A stretch of 64,000 bases of DNA from Thermoguttaceae bacterium (GTDB taxonomy: Bacteria > Planctomycetota > Planctomycetia > Pirellulales > Thermoguttaceae). The translations under genes were made by a program, and so were the position numbers. The notes beneath the pieces are model-generated. The model saw nothing but the letters and a program-made list of their open reading frames with translations, had not been told where the DNA came from and did not search any database. Location of the stretch: NCBI GenBank assembly GCA_045599865.1, contig JAZRWW010000024.1, positions 17,212 to 81,211 on the forward strand, written 5' to 3'. Of this stretch, positions 45,586 to 54,132 are shown piece after piece. The first letter of the stretch is position 1; the number at the start of each line of letters is the position of its first letter.

Positions 45586-48500
45586 TCAGTCTTCGATAAC
45601 GAGACGAATTCCGACGTTGTGAACTTTCTGCCAAGGCAAGTACGCTTGACGGAAGGAAGAACCGGCGATTTTCGGACGATCCGCCCAAGAGGCGCCGCGC
45701 GCGACTTTACGCGCCGAGGCGTCGAGGTCGTTGCGCCCGTCGGCGTCGTTATACGGATACGCCTTGTAATCGGAGCGGGTCCATTCGGCGACGTTTCCGA
45801 TCATATCGTACAATCCCCACGCGTTCGGGAGATTCTGCGCGACGTAGTCGACGATGAACCAATGATCCTTGAATCGATTATCGCGGAGCGGGAAGACGCT
45901 GTTTTCCGGGTAATCGTGTCGGACGTGGATCGTCGCCCCGTTTTCCCACATCGTGTAAAGTCGTCGACGGTCGGCGTCGGCAAGGTTCGCGTATTTCGAG
46001 AAGTCGGCTTCAAACGAACCGAAATAGAACTTTTCGGCGCTACCCGCGCGAGCCGCCCATTCCCATTGCGCTTCAGTCGGCAACGCGGCTTTGACGCCCT
46101 TTTCTTCGTTCAACCATTGAACGAACCTTTGCGCTTCGTTCCAGCTGACGCGCGCGACAGGCTGATTCGGGTGATTCGCGATATAACCGGGTACGATGTG
46201 GTCTTTGCCGTGTTCCTCGATGTAACGCGTGTCGTGTTCGGGATCAAACGCGGCGTATTGCGCGTTGGTGATCTCCGTCTTGCTCATCCAGAAAGGCTTG
46301 TCGACGACGATTTCCGCGCGCGGATTTTCGTCGGCGCAACCGTCAAGCGATCCCATTACGAATTTTCCGGATGGAATACGAACAAATTCAACGTTTACGC
46401 CGTCGGCAAGTTCGACCGTCTTTGTCGCGGCGCCATTCGCCAACGCTTGCTTTTGCATCGCTTTAGCGGCGGCTTCGTCGAACGCCCAATCGTTTTTGAG
46501 ATCGTCGGTCGGCTTGACGTATTTTTCCGGCTTGACAAATTCCGGCGCCGGTTTCGCTTGCATCGCGGCGAGGAGTTGGTCGTATTCGCTTTCGACGTCG
46601 ACGGCGGCGGATTCCGCGTACAATTCGGAGAGTTCAAGACGTCGTTTCGCTTCGGGCTCGTTGCCCCACTTGCCGCGCCACGGCGCGTTGAAATCGATCC
46701 AGTTGACGATCAAACGCTTGGCTTCGTCGTCCAATTTGACGTTGTAGTGTCCCTTTTCCAGCATTTGGACAAGTTCGCTCGTCGACGCGTGGTATTCGTA
46801 GGGGGGCAAAACGTCCATATCCGTTTCCGGACCAGGACGACGTACGAACGGGTGAATATTGTTGTAGGCGCTTCCCGCGTCGGCAAAGGACGGACGATCC
46901 GTTTTGGAGCCGTCGTGGCAACCGATGCAGTATTTCTTCACGACGCGGTGATAAAGGTCGAGTTCAAACGTAATCGAACGACGGGGACCAAGATATTCTT
47001 GAATTTCCACAGGTTCGTGACGCGAAGCCTCTTTCAAGACCGACTGCGTGGCGTCAAGTTGCGACTCGTGGCAACCGTTGCAACTGACGTTTTCACCCGG
47101 CATACCGACGAACCAACTGCGGAAGAGTTGCACGGAAGCTCCGTTTTTATCGACGGGAAGCAACGCGACGGGCGTATTCGCCGGAATCTTAAAGAACGCG
47201 GAACCGTCCTTTTCGACGGGCACGTAACCGAGCAAGCGTTTAATGTCCCAGCTGCTTTGAACGCCGACGGATTCGTGACCGCCGGTGTGCAAATACGCGA
47301 AGTGATACGCGAAGACTTTCAAGCCGACGATTTCGCCTTGAGGAACGTTTTCCGTGCCGAAGCCGTTGTAGACGTCCGTAATGAAGACCGTCGCTTCTTT
47401 GTTTCCCTCTTCGACGCGATTAGGAAGAACCGGCGGGAGATCGCGTTCGACAAGAGGCGTCGGGAAGAAATATCCCTTGCCTTCGACGATCGCGATCGGC
47501 GTCATATTGTCGAACGTGTCGACAAGATAAAGACCGTAAGTACCGGGCGCGCCGTCGATTTCGCAGTTGACAAGAATGTAGTTCTCGCAAAGGGGATAGG
47601 GGAAGACGAAGTTATACTTTAAGCCGGTCGACTGCATATCCAGAACGTTGCCTACGACGTCGCGTCCGTAACCGGGAATTTCCGCGACAAAGCCGGTCTT
47701 TTCGGCGGGAAGTACTTCAGGATGACAGTCGTATTGAGTATTTTCCGGTCCCCATTCGAGCCCGGTGGGATGGAAGCGGAAAGGATACTTGCGCGCGATC
47801 GTCGGATCGATAATAAGCAAACGTCCCGTGTCGCCGCGTCCGTGGTGCCCGGAGCCAATTCCGACGATCTTGGAAGAATCGGGGAACTCGCGCGCGTGTT
47901 TGAACGCGGTTGGGAAGAAGGAGCCGGAGCCGTAAAGTTCCGCTTGATTTGTGCCGTCCGGATTCATATGGAACAGAATTCGGCTGTAATAGTGCATAAT
48001 GTCGCTGTATTCCCAGCGCAGATACATAATACGACCGTTTTTCAAGGGGGTCGGATGCCAGTCGGAGTCTTGCTCGTAGGTGAGTTGACGTACTTTTTTC
48101 GTTTCCGGGTCGATCAGATAAATATTCGCCATCGGGTCGGAACCGTTGATACAGGGCAAGCCTTGTTTTCCGGCGTTCGAACAGGCGACGACTTTGCCTT
48201 CGGGCGTGTAGCATGAATCGAAGAAGTCGACGTCGGGCTGATCGGTAGGCGAGAGCGTTTTGAGCCCCGTGCCGTCCGCGTTGATTTCGAAAATAGCCCA
48301 ACGTTGGTTGTCTTCCGAAATCGACGAGAACATAATTCTTTCGCCGTCCCAGTTGAGTTCGGGCTCGAGAATCGGTCGCCCCTTTTCCGGCTTGTAAATC
48401 GACGTGAAGGTCGGATTATCGGAACGCAAATCGGAAAGGATTCCAAGCTCGGCGTCCCAGCCGCCCTTAGAAACTTTGTCGATCGTCATAAAGTCGTCGC

Positions 48501-48840
48501 CAACGGCGGGAAGACGCGACGTTTTCACGACGACAAGTTCCAAGTCGTCAAGTTCGGGCAACGCAAGGAGCGCTTTACGACGGAATTGCGCGAACTTCGC
48601 TTGCCACGCTTCGTCTTTCGGTTCCGCTTTTTCAAGCTCGTCTAATTCCGCCAAGTAGGCTTCGCCGTCCGCGTAATCGTCGCCGAACTGCGTAATCATA
48701 TCGTTAATAGCGCGACGAACAGATTCGACCGTGTTCATTGGTCGATCGTTGTCGTTGCCGGGAAATTGCCTCGCTTGTGACGTCGGCGCAAATAGCGCAA
48801 GCGACGCGATCAACGCGACGGCGTAAAGCATACGTTTCAT
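45586..48840 (-). CDS. Secreted multidomain protein: TolB-like beta-propeller region, two CxxCH haem-c motifs, C-terminal SUMF1/FGE (formylglycine-generating enzyme-like) domain
   Basis: Signal peptide 'MKRMLYAVALIASLALFAPTSQA'. 'DGERIMFSS...INADGTGLKTL' propeller-like repeats. 'CNGCHE' (nt 47065-47082) and 'CIGCHD' (nt 46913-46930). FGE motifs 'FVRIPSGKFVMGS', 'PVARVSWNEAQRFVQWLN', 'LPTEAQWEWAARAG', 'GLYDMIGNVAEW', 'RGASW' (nt ~45586-46400). Confidence 0.75.
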   Translation of the reverse strand: MKRMLYAVALIASLALFAPTSQARQFPGNDNDRPMNTVESVRRAINDMITQFGDDYADGEAYLAELDELEKAEPKDEAWQAKFAQFRRKALLALPELDDLELVVVKTSRLPAVGDDFMTIDKVSKGGWDAELGILSDLRSDNPTFTSIYKPEKGRPILEPELNWDGERIMFSSISEDNQRWAIFEINADGTGLKTLSPTDQPDVDFFDSCYTPEGKVVACSNAGKQGLPCINGSDPMANIYLIDPETKKVRQLTYEQDSDWHPTPLKNGRIMYLRWEYSDIMHYYSRILFHMNPDGTNQAELYGSGSFFPTAFKHAREFPDSSKIVGIGSGHHGRGDTGRLLIIDPTIARKYPFRFHPTGLEWGPENTQYDCHPEVLPAEKTGFVAEIPGYGRDVVGNVLDMQSTGLKYNFVFPYPLCENYILVNCEIDGAPGTYGLYLVDTFDNMTPIAIVEGKGYFFPTPLVERDLPPVLPNRVEEGNKEATVFITDVYNGFGTENVPQGEIVGLKVFAYHFAYLHTGGHESVGVQSSWDIKRLLGYVPVEKDGSAFFKIPANTPVALLPVDKNGASVQLFRSWFVGMPGENVSCNGCHESQLDATQSVLKEASRHEPVEIQEYLGPRRSITFELDLYHRVVKKYCIGCHDGSKTDRPSFADAGSAYNNIHPFVRRPGPETDMDVLPPYEYHASTSELVQMLEKGHYNVKLDDEAKRLIVNWIDFNAPWRGKWGNEPEAKRRLELSELYAESAAVDVESEYDQLLAAMQAKPAPEFVKPEKYVKPTDDLKNDWAFDEAAAKAMQKQALANGAATKTVELADGVNVEFVRIPSGKFVMGSLDGCADENPRAEIVVDKPFWMSKTEITNAQYAAFDPEHDTRYIEEHGKDHIVPGYIANHPNQPVARVSWNEAQRFVQWLNEEKGVKAALPTEAQWEWAARAGSAEKFYFGSFEADFSKYANLADADRRRLYTMWENGATIHVRHDYPENSVFPLRDNRFKDHWFIVDYVAQNLPNAWGLYDMIGNVAEWTRSDYKAYPYNDADGRNDLDASARKVARGASWADRPKIAGSSFRQAYLPWQKVHNVGIRLVIED

Positions 48841-48958
48841 TGATAGGAATCCTTTGTGTTGTGAACGGAAGGTCGTTGGAGAACGAAACGAGCGAAACGC
48901 GCTCGAACGCTTGAGCGTTTATTGTAACATAACCAAGGGAGTAAGTAAAGGAAAAGGA

Positions 48959-50353
48959 CTAATTTTTAATTTTACTTTCGATAAACGTTTCCACGCTTTG
49001 CATCGAAGAAGCGCCAAAACAATAACGTTGAATAGACCTCAACGTGGGCATATCCTTCAGCGTTTCTAGTAGATAATCATAATTTGCCGATAAAGGCTCG
49101 TTTGGAAAACGGGTCGCGAGGAAACAACGTATTGAATGAACGCATTCGCCGATTCTTCCGGCGTCTTGTCCTTCTTTCCAGCCGTCGTTGCGTCCCTCTT
49201 TCCAGCCGTCGTTACGTCCCTCTTTCCATGCTTCTAAACGCAACTCTTTATCCCACTGAGCGCCGTATTTTTTCATAGCGCTTTCATAATATTCCTGATC
49301 CAATAGCTCGATCATTTGTTTTTCATACTCCTTGTCTTTCATCTCGTCGGCGAGACGTTCAAATTCCCGAGGCTTGGGCGAACGTTTCCAACTAACGCAG
49401 GCTTTAGACCAATACCCAAGTAAAGCCAACAGAAGTTGATACGAGGAATTGTCTAATTTAACGTCGCGCAAATCGCCGAAAACGTCGAGTATGTCGGCGT
49501 CTTTCAATTTAGGATTTTTGCCGAATTGCAAGTTTTTGAGAAAAGCTTTCGTCATCGGGCGAACGTCGAGCGAATTGACGTCGACGCTCTGAACGTCGAA
49601 GAACACGACGTCAAAATCGGGAACGAACGCTTCTAATTCGGCTGGAAAGGAACAGACTTCTTTTAATTTTTTCGGTTTGGTTCCGGCGCGGTCGTAACAA
49701 CCGATCACGACCGGGATCGGACAAACGAGTTTTTTCAGACCCGATTGCGTTCGTTTCGCGTTGATCAACTGATATTTTAAATACAACGCGACATATTCAA
49801 GAAGTTGAACGGCAAGAAACGGATCATACGACGACTTATGCTCGAAAAAGAACGCGTAGACGCGCTCTTCGTCCCTTGCAAGATTTTTCACGTTGTAAAT
49901 CAAGTCGGAAATATGCGCGATTCCGTTGCGATCGACCTGTTCTTGTTGCGTCGGCTGGAGCGTGTTCCAGTCGACGTCGGTCGCGTTTGTCGCAACGCGC
50001 AACAGATCGGCGGCGATCGTTAAATCTGTCAACGCCGCGACGACAAGGTTGTTATGACGACTAAACTTGACTTCGTATTCTTGCAAATCGGGCGCAAAAA
50101 GCGAGCCGCGCGTTAAAAGCGTCTCGCGACGCAACGCCGTTTCAAATAGGTCGGGCGAATCCCAATCGCGCCACGACAATACAAAATCAAGAACGCGCCT
50201 TTGAAAGGCGTTCGAGTCGTTTGTCGAGTTTTCGAGAGATTGACGACGCGCGACTAGGTTTGTCCTTGCTCGTTCGAGTTCTTCCCACTCTTGAGTTTGT
50301 TCTTCTTCCATCGTTGCAACGTTCTGATTCTTATGTGAAAAACGCCAAAACAA
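48959..50353 (-). CDS. Rpn-family recombination-promoting nuclease / PD-(D/E)xK putative transposase-like protein
   Basis: 'ISDLIYNV....RVYAFFFEHKSSYDPFLAVQLLEYVALYL' fits the Rpn core (sDlly.v...illEhQS..d..m..Rll.Y). The C-terminal 'WKEGRNDGWKEGRNDGWKEGQDAG' repeat is like the EG-repeat tail of this family. The start is uncertain (50353 or ATG 50311). Confidence 0.55.
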   Translation of the reverse strand: MFWRFSHKNQNVATMEEEQTQEWEELERARTNLVARRQSLENSTNDSNAFQRRVLDFVLSWRDWDSPDLFETALRRETLLTRGSLFAPDLQEYEVKFSRHNNLVVAALTDLTIAADLLRVATNATDVDWNTLQPTQQEQVDRNGIAHISDLIYNVKNLARDEERVYAFFFEHKSSYDPFLAVQLLEYVALYLKYQLINAKRTQSGLKKLVCPIPVVIGCYDRAGTKPKKLKEVCSFPAELEAFVPDFDVVFFDVQSVDVNSLDVRPMTKAFLKNLQFGKNPKLKDADILDVFGDLRDVKLDNSSYQLLLALLGYWSKACVSWKRSPKPREFERLADEMKDKEYEKQMIELLDQEYYESAMKKYGAQWDKELRLEAWKEGRNDGWKEGRNDGWKEGQDAGRIGECVHSIRCFLATRFPNEPLSANYDYLLETLKDMPTLRSIQRYCFGASSMQSVETFIESKIKN

Positions 50354-50585
50354 AGCGTAGGAACTACAATAACGCTTTTGTTTTGAATTATACGCGCAGC
50401 TATGGGAAAAGTCAAGAAAAACGGAGACTTTTCTTAATTATTCCGTTTGCGCGCAAGGGAACTTACGGCGTCAAACTGGGATTGTTTAAGGAAGGAAGAG
50501 CAAAACAAACGCAAACGCGTCGTCGCGAAAAAAGTTTTTCTCGCGACGACGTATAGATCGCATAAATCGGAGCAAAACGACTAAA

Positions 50586-51629
50586 TTAGAACAACGCTTC
50601 GCCGCCGCCGGATTTGGAGCCGCCTTGTCCGGCGGTGAACATCGCGCTCGCGCGCGTGAACGTCGCGTAGTAGACGTTCGCGTTGCACGTTTCGCTCACG
50701 AAGTGAACGGAACCGTCGGACATACAAGCGTTGAGACCGCCCGGATGGAAGCTGTGCGGCGTGCGCGAATCGGATTGACTGTAGGAAAGACAGTTTGGCG
50801 GAAGATTTGCGACGTTGCTGTGCGTATAAATGGCGTACCCGTCGGACCAGTGTCCTACGGCAATGAACGGATTGACGGAGAAACTGGTATGAATCGCGGA
50901 AGGAAGTCCAACGCTGGAAAGTTCGATAAACATAAACGTGTGAGACGTGCCGTCGGTGATCGCCGCCATATCGCAACGGCTATTGCACCAGAAAAGTCCT
51001 TGGAAAGGACCGCGAGCGGTGTCTTGGTTTCCGACGGTAATGCCGATGTTTTCAGTCGTGGTGCGTTCGGGAAGCTCGGCTCCGCCGTTGCACGCGTAGT
51101 CTTTTTGGGAACCGATCGGCGCGACGGATTTCGGCGTGGAAGGACAACGGAAAATTTCGGGAGCGTTTGATCCGGCCTCTTTGTTTACTTCGTCGCCGCA
51201 GGTCGGACTGGCGGCGCTGTGTCCCCATCCCTCGGCATGAACGCAATAGTTCGTATAGGCGCGTCTTGTAAAATCGATCGTGTCGTAAAGACCCGAACCT
51301 TCGATGTAAGGAAGGATAAAAGCCGGCCAGCCCGTCATACCGTGGTAAACGCCGCCCGCTTCGCATCCCAAGCCCGTCCCTGTGAGAGGGTTGGCGCTAT
51401 TATTCGCGTTGAAGAACGTACTGCCCGGACAAAAAACTTTGTTCGTGTCGTGGTAGTTTTGCATTGCCAACCCGAGGTTTTTCAGGTTGTTCGTGCATTG
51501 CATACGACGCGCGGCTTCTCGAGCCGCTTGAACGGCGGGAAGAAGCAGTCCGATTAAAATACCAATGATCGCGATAACGACCAACAGTTCAACGAGCGTA
51601 AAACCGCTCGATCGACTCGAACTTTTCAT
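50586..51629 (-). CDS. DUF1559 protein with type IV prepilin-like N-terminal methylation motif and H-X9-DG C-terminal motif (paralogue A)
   Basis: 'GFTLVELLVVIAIIGILIGLLLPAVQAAREAARRMQCTNNLKNLGLAMQNYHD' plus C-terminal 'HPGGLNACMSDG' (H-X9-DG). Confidence 0.88.
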   Translation of the reverse strand: MKSSSRSSGFTLVELLVVIAIIGILIGLLLPAVQAAREAARRMQCTNNLKNLGLAMQNYHDTNKVFCPGSTFFNANNSANPLTGTGLGCEAGGVYHGMTGWPAFILPYIEGSGLYDTIDFTRRAYTNYCVHAEGWGHSAASPTCGDEVNKEAGSNAPEIFRCPSTPKSVAPIGSQKDYACNGGAELPERTTTENIGITVGNQDTARGPFQGLFWCNSRCDMAAITDGTSHTFMFIELSSVGLPSAIHTSFSVNPFIAVGHWSDGYAIYTHSNVANLPPNCLSYSQSDSRTPHSFHPGGLNACMSDGSVHFVSETCNANVYYATFTRASAMFTAGQGGSKSGGGEALF

Positions 51630-51966
51630 TTGAATTCTTTCTTGAAAAGGAATTATTTTTATTAACAGTAAAATACGCCGCCGTCAAGCTCCGCTTGAAT
51701 ACGTAGCGCTAACGTCGGCAAAACGGCGATTTCATATGAATCACGGAACCAAGACTCCGTTGTAACCGATTCTTGAACGCTTTATGCAAAGAACGCGTTA
51801 GGGAAGCTTTTAAAAGTATTGCTGAAACGTTAAAAGAGCCGCTTTTTAACAAAAGCACGGAAAAAAAACGCCGCCGTAAAAAATTGTTTCTTTGTTTAAA
51901 ATCCAACTCTGTTTTTCTTTGCGGCGTTTCTTCCCTTAGAAAATCAGCGCGAAAGAATCGTGGATT

Positions 51967-52380
51967 TTATTCGAATTTAACTTCGAATTTCGAGTCTTTG
52001 CCCTTAATATCGACCTTCAGTTTGTCCGTTCCGGTAAAACCGTACTTTGCAATCATATCGGCGTATTCTTCAGGGACGGGCGTAACGGTGGGATCAGAGT
52101 CCCAATAAACGGTAACGGTGTTGGAACCGGGTTTGACGCCTTTTTGCGTGCCGGTATGCCACGTTTCGAAGGAACCGGCGTCGTCAATAATTTTGCCCAT
52201 GCTTGGTCGACTGCCGTCGTCGTTCTGAAATTCGATGTGGAAGGTGTTGGGCAACGGTTTGCCTTGATAGGTTACCTTACCCGAAAAAGGAACGACTTCA
52301 TAAGGAGCCTTGGGCTTGCAACCGCAAACCAAACAAAGAGCGCCGACGCCGGTCGTCGCTAAGAAAGAACGTCTGTTCAT
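51967..52380 (-). CDS. Small lipoprotein (transthyretin/carboxypeptidase-regulatory-like) commonly paired with DUF1559 genes
   Basis: 'MNRRSFLATTGVGALCLVCGCKPK' is a signal with a lipobox Cys. It is followed by 'VPFSGKVTYQGKPLPN', a beta-sandwich-like sequence. Confidence 0.55.
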   Translation of the reverse strand: MNRRSFLATTGVGALCLVCGCKPKAPYEVVPFSGKVTYQGKPLPNTFHIEFQNDDGSRPSMGKIIDDAGSFETWHTGTQKGVKPGSNTVTVYWDSDPTVTPVPEEYADMIAKYGFTGTDKLKVDIKGKDSKFEVKFE

Positions 52381-52480
52381 TTGTATATTCCGATAACGTT
52401 AGGTACTTGAAGACGGACGTCGCAAAGGCAAAAAACGACTTTGCGACATAATTGAACAATAAAAGACAAAGGCGCGACGA

Positions 52481-53551
52481 TTAGAACAGCGCTTCGCCGC
52501 CGGCCGACTTGGCGCCGCCTTGTCCGGCGGGGAATATCGCGCTTGCGCGCGAATACGTCGCGTAGTAGACGTTAGTGTCGCACGTCTCGCTGACGAAGTG
52601 AACGGAGCCGTCGGCCATGCAAGCGTTGAGTCCTCCGGGGTGGAAACTGCGCGGCGTGCGCGAGTCTTCGTAACCGTAGGAAATGCAGTTAGGCGGAATA
52701 TTCATTACGCCGGATTGCGTATACAGGGCGAACCCATCGGACCAGTGTCCTACGCAAATGAACGGATTGGCGGAAAAACCGACTACTTTCGCGGCGGGAA
52801 GCGAGACGCTGGAAAGTTCGATAAACATAAAGGTATGAGAGGTGCCGTCGGTGATCGAAGCAAGGTCGCAACGACTATTGCACCAGAAAAGTCCTTGGAA
52901 AGGACCGCGTTGGTTGTCTTGATTACCGACGGTAATACCGATATTTTCGGTCGTGGTGCGTTCCGGTAATTCGGCGGCGCCGTTGCACGCATAATCTTTC
53001 TGAGATCCGATCGGCGCGACGGAGGTCGGGGTCGTGGGGCAACGGAAGACTTCGGGGGCGTGCGAACCGGCCTCTTTATTTACTTCGTCGCCGCAGGTCG
53101 GATTGGTCGTGCTGTGTCCGTAACTGTTGGTGCCGTGAACGCAGTAATTAGTGTAGGCGCGTTTGGTGAAGTCGATAGAACTGTAAAGAGCCGAACCCTC
53201 GACGTAAGGAAGAATGAACGCCGCCCAGCCCATCATACCGTGATAGACGCCGCCCGCTTCGCAACCCAACCCCGTCCCTGTGAGAGGATTGGCGCTGTTT
53301 TTGGCGTTGAAAAACGTACAACCGGGACTGAACGTCTTGTTCGTGTCGTGATAGTTCTGCATCGCCAACCCGAGATTTTTCAGGTTGTTCGTGCATTGCA
53401 TACGACGCGCGGCTTCTCGAGCCGCTTGAACTGCGGGAAGCAAAAGACCAATTAAGATACCGATAATCGCGATGACTACCAATAATTCGACGAGAGTGAA
53501 AGCGTTATTTCTTGCCCCCCCCCCCCGTTTTAACATTTGTTTAAGAGACAT
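52481..53551 (-). CDS. DUF1559 / H-X9-DG prepilin-like protein (paralogue B)
   Basis: 'AFTLVELLVVIAIIGILIGLLLPAVQAAREAARRMQCTNNLKNLGLAMQNYHD', with 'HPGGLNACMADG' at the C-terminus. Most positions match paralogue A by eye. Confidence 0.88.
   Translation of the reverse strand: MSLKQMLKRGGGARNNAFTLVELLVVIAIIGILIGLLLPAVQAAREAARRMQCTNNLKNLGLAMQNYHDTNKTFSPGCTFFNAKNSANPLTGTGLGCEAGGVYHGMMGWAAFILPYVEGSALYSSIDFTKRAYTNYCVHGTNSYGHSTTNPTCGDEVNKEAGSHAPEVFRCPTTPTSVAPIGSQKDYACNGAAELPERTTTENIGITVGNQDNQRGPFQGLFWCNSRCDLASITDGTSHTFMFIELSSVSLPAAKVVGFSANPFICVGHWSDGFALYTQSGVMNIPPNCISYGYEDSRTPRSFHPGGLNACMADGSVHFVSETCDTNVYYATYSRASAIFPAGQGGAKSAGGEALF
53515..53526 (-). repeat. G12 homopolymer (C12 on the plus strand) within codons 9-13 of DUF1559 paralogue B
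   Basis: Counted directly: cttgCCCCCC|CCCCCCgttt. The coding strand reads AAA CGG GGG GGG GGG GCA (K R G G G A). Confidence 0.95.
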
Positions 53552-54132
53552 CTAAAAACCTCGCATTGGTACGAAAACGCCAAGGCGCTGAAAACGTTGC
53601 GACAAGGCTATACTTCATCTAGCGTCGTATTAAAGACGCACAGCACGCTAGTATAATTGTATATTGTTCGACGCTAACTGTCAAGGCAAGGGATAAATAT
53701 AGTCGTCCGTCTCTTTTCTGTGTCTATGCTACGATACGACGGGGCTCATACGTTCGTCTAAGAACGCGATTTGAGGAACGCGCGTTTAGGAACGTCGATA
53801 TTGTCGTTTTTGAAATGACAAAATAAAAGGAATGTTGCGATTAAGAGAATAATTCCTACGGAAGTTGTTGGAAAAATATGTTTTTTTCAAGAAAAAACTT
53901 GTCAAGTCGGAAATCTTTTGTTAATCTAGTACTTTAGTCGGTATACAAGCGCGGATTTTGGCTTGCGTTTTAGGAGACGCCGGACAAGGGCGAAGTAGCG
54001 CGCAATTTCGTCGGACGTCCTCAAAGGCGTTTGGCGCGGCGTTTTGACCGACGCGACGTCGCTCGGTTCGTCCTAGAACGAGAGTTTTTCGCGCGCGACG
54101 CGATAGGAAGAAAACCTGATAGAGGATTTAAA

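Noticed and set aside
45463-47622. 719-aa plus-strand ORF
   Set aside because: It lies entirely antisense to the well-supported 1084-aa propeller/cytochrome/FGE gene. Its Arg/Val/Phe-rich sequence has no motifs, so it is a typical shadow ORF.
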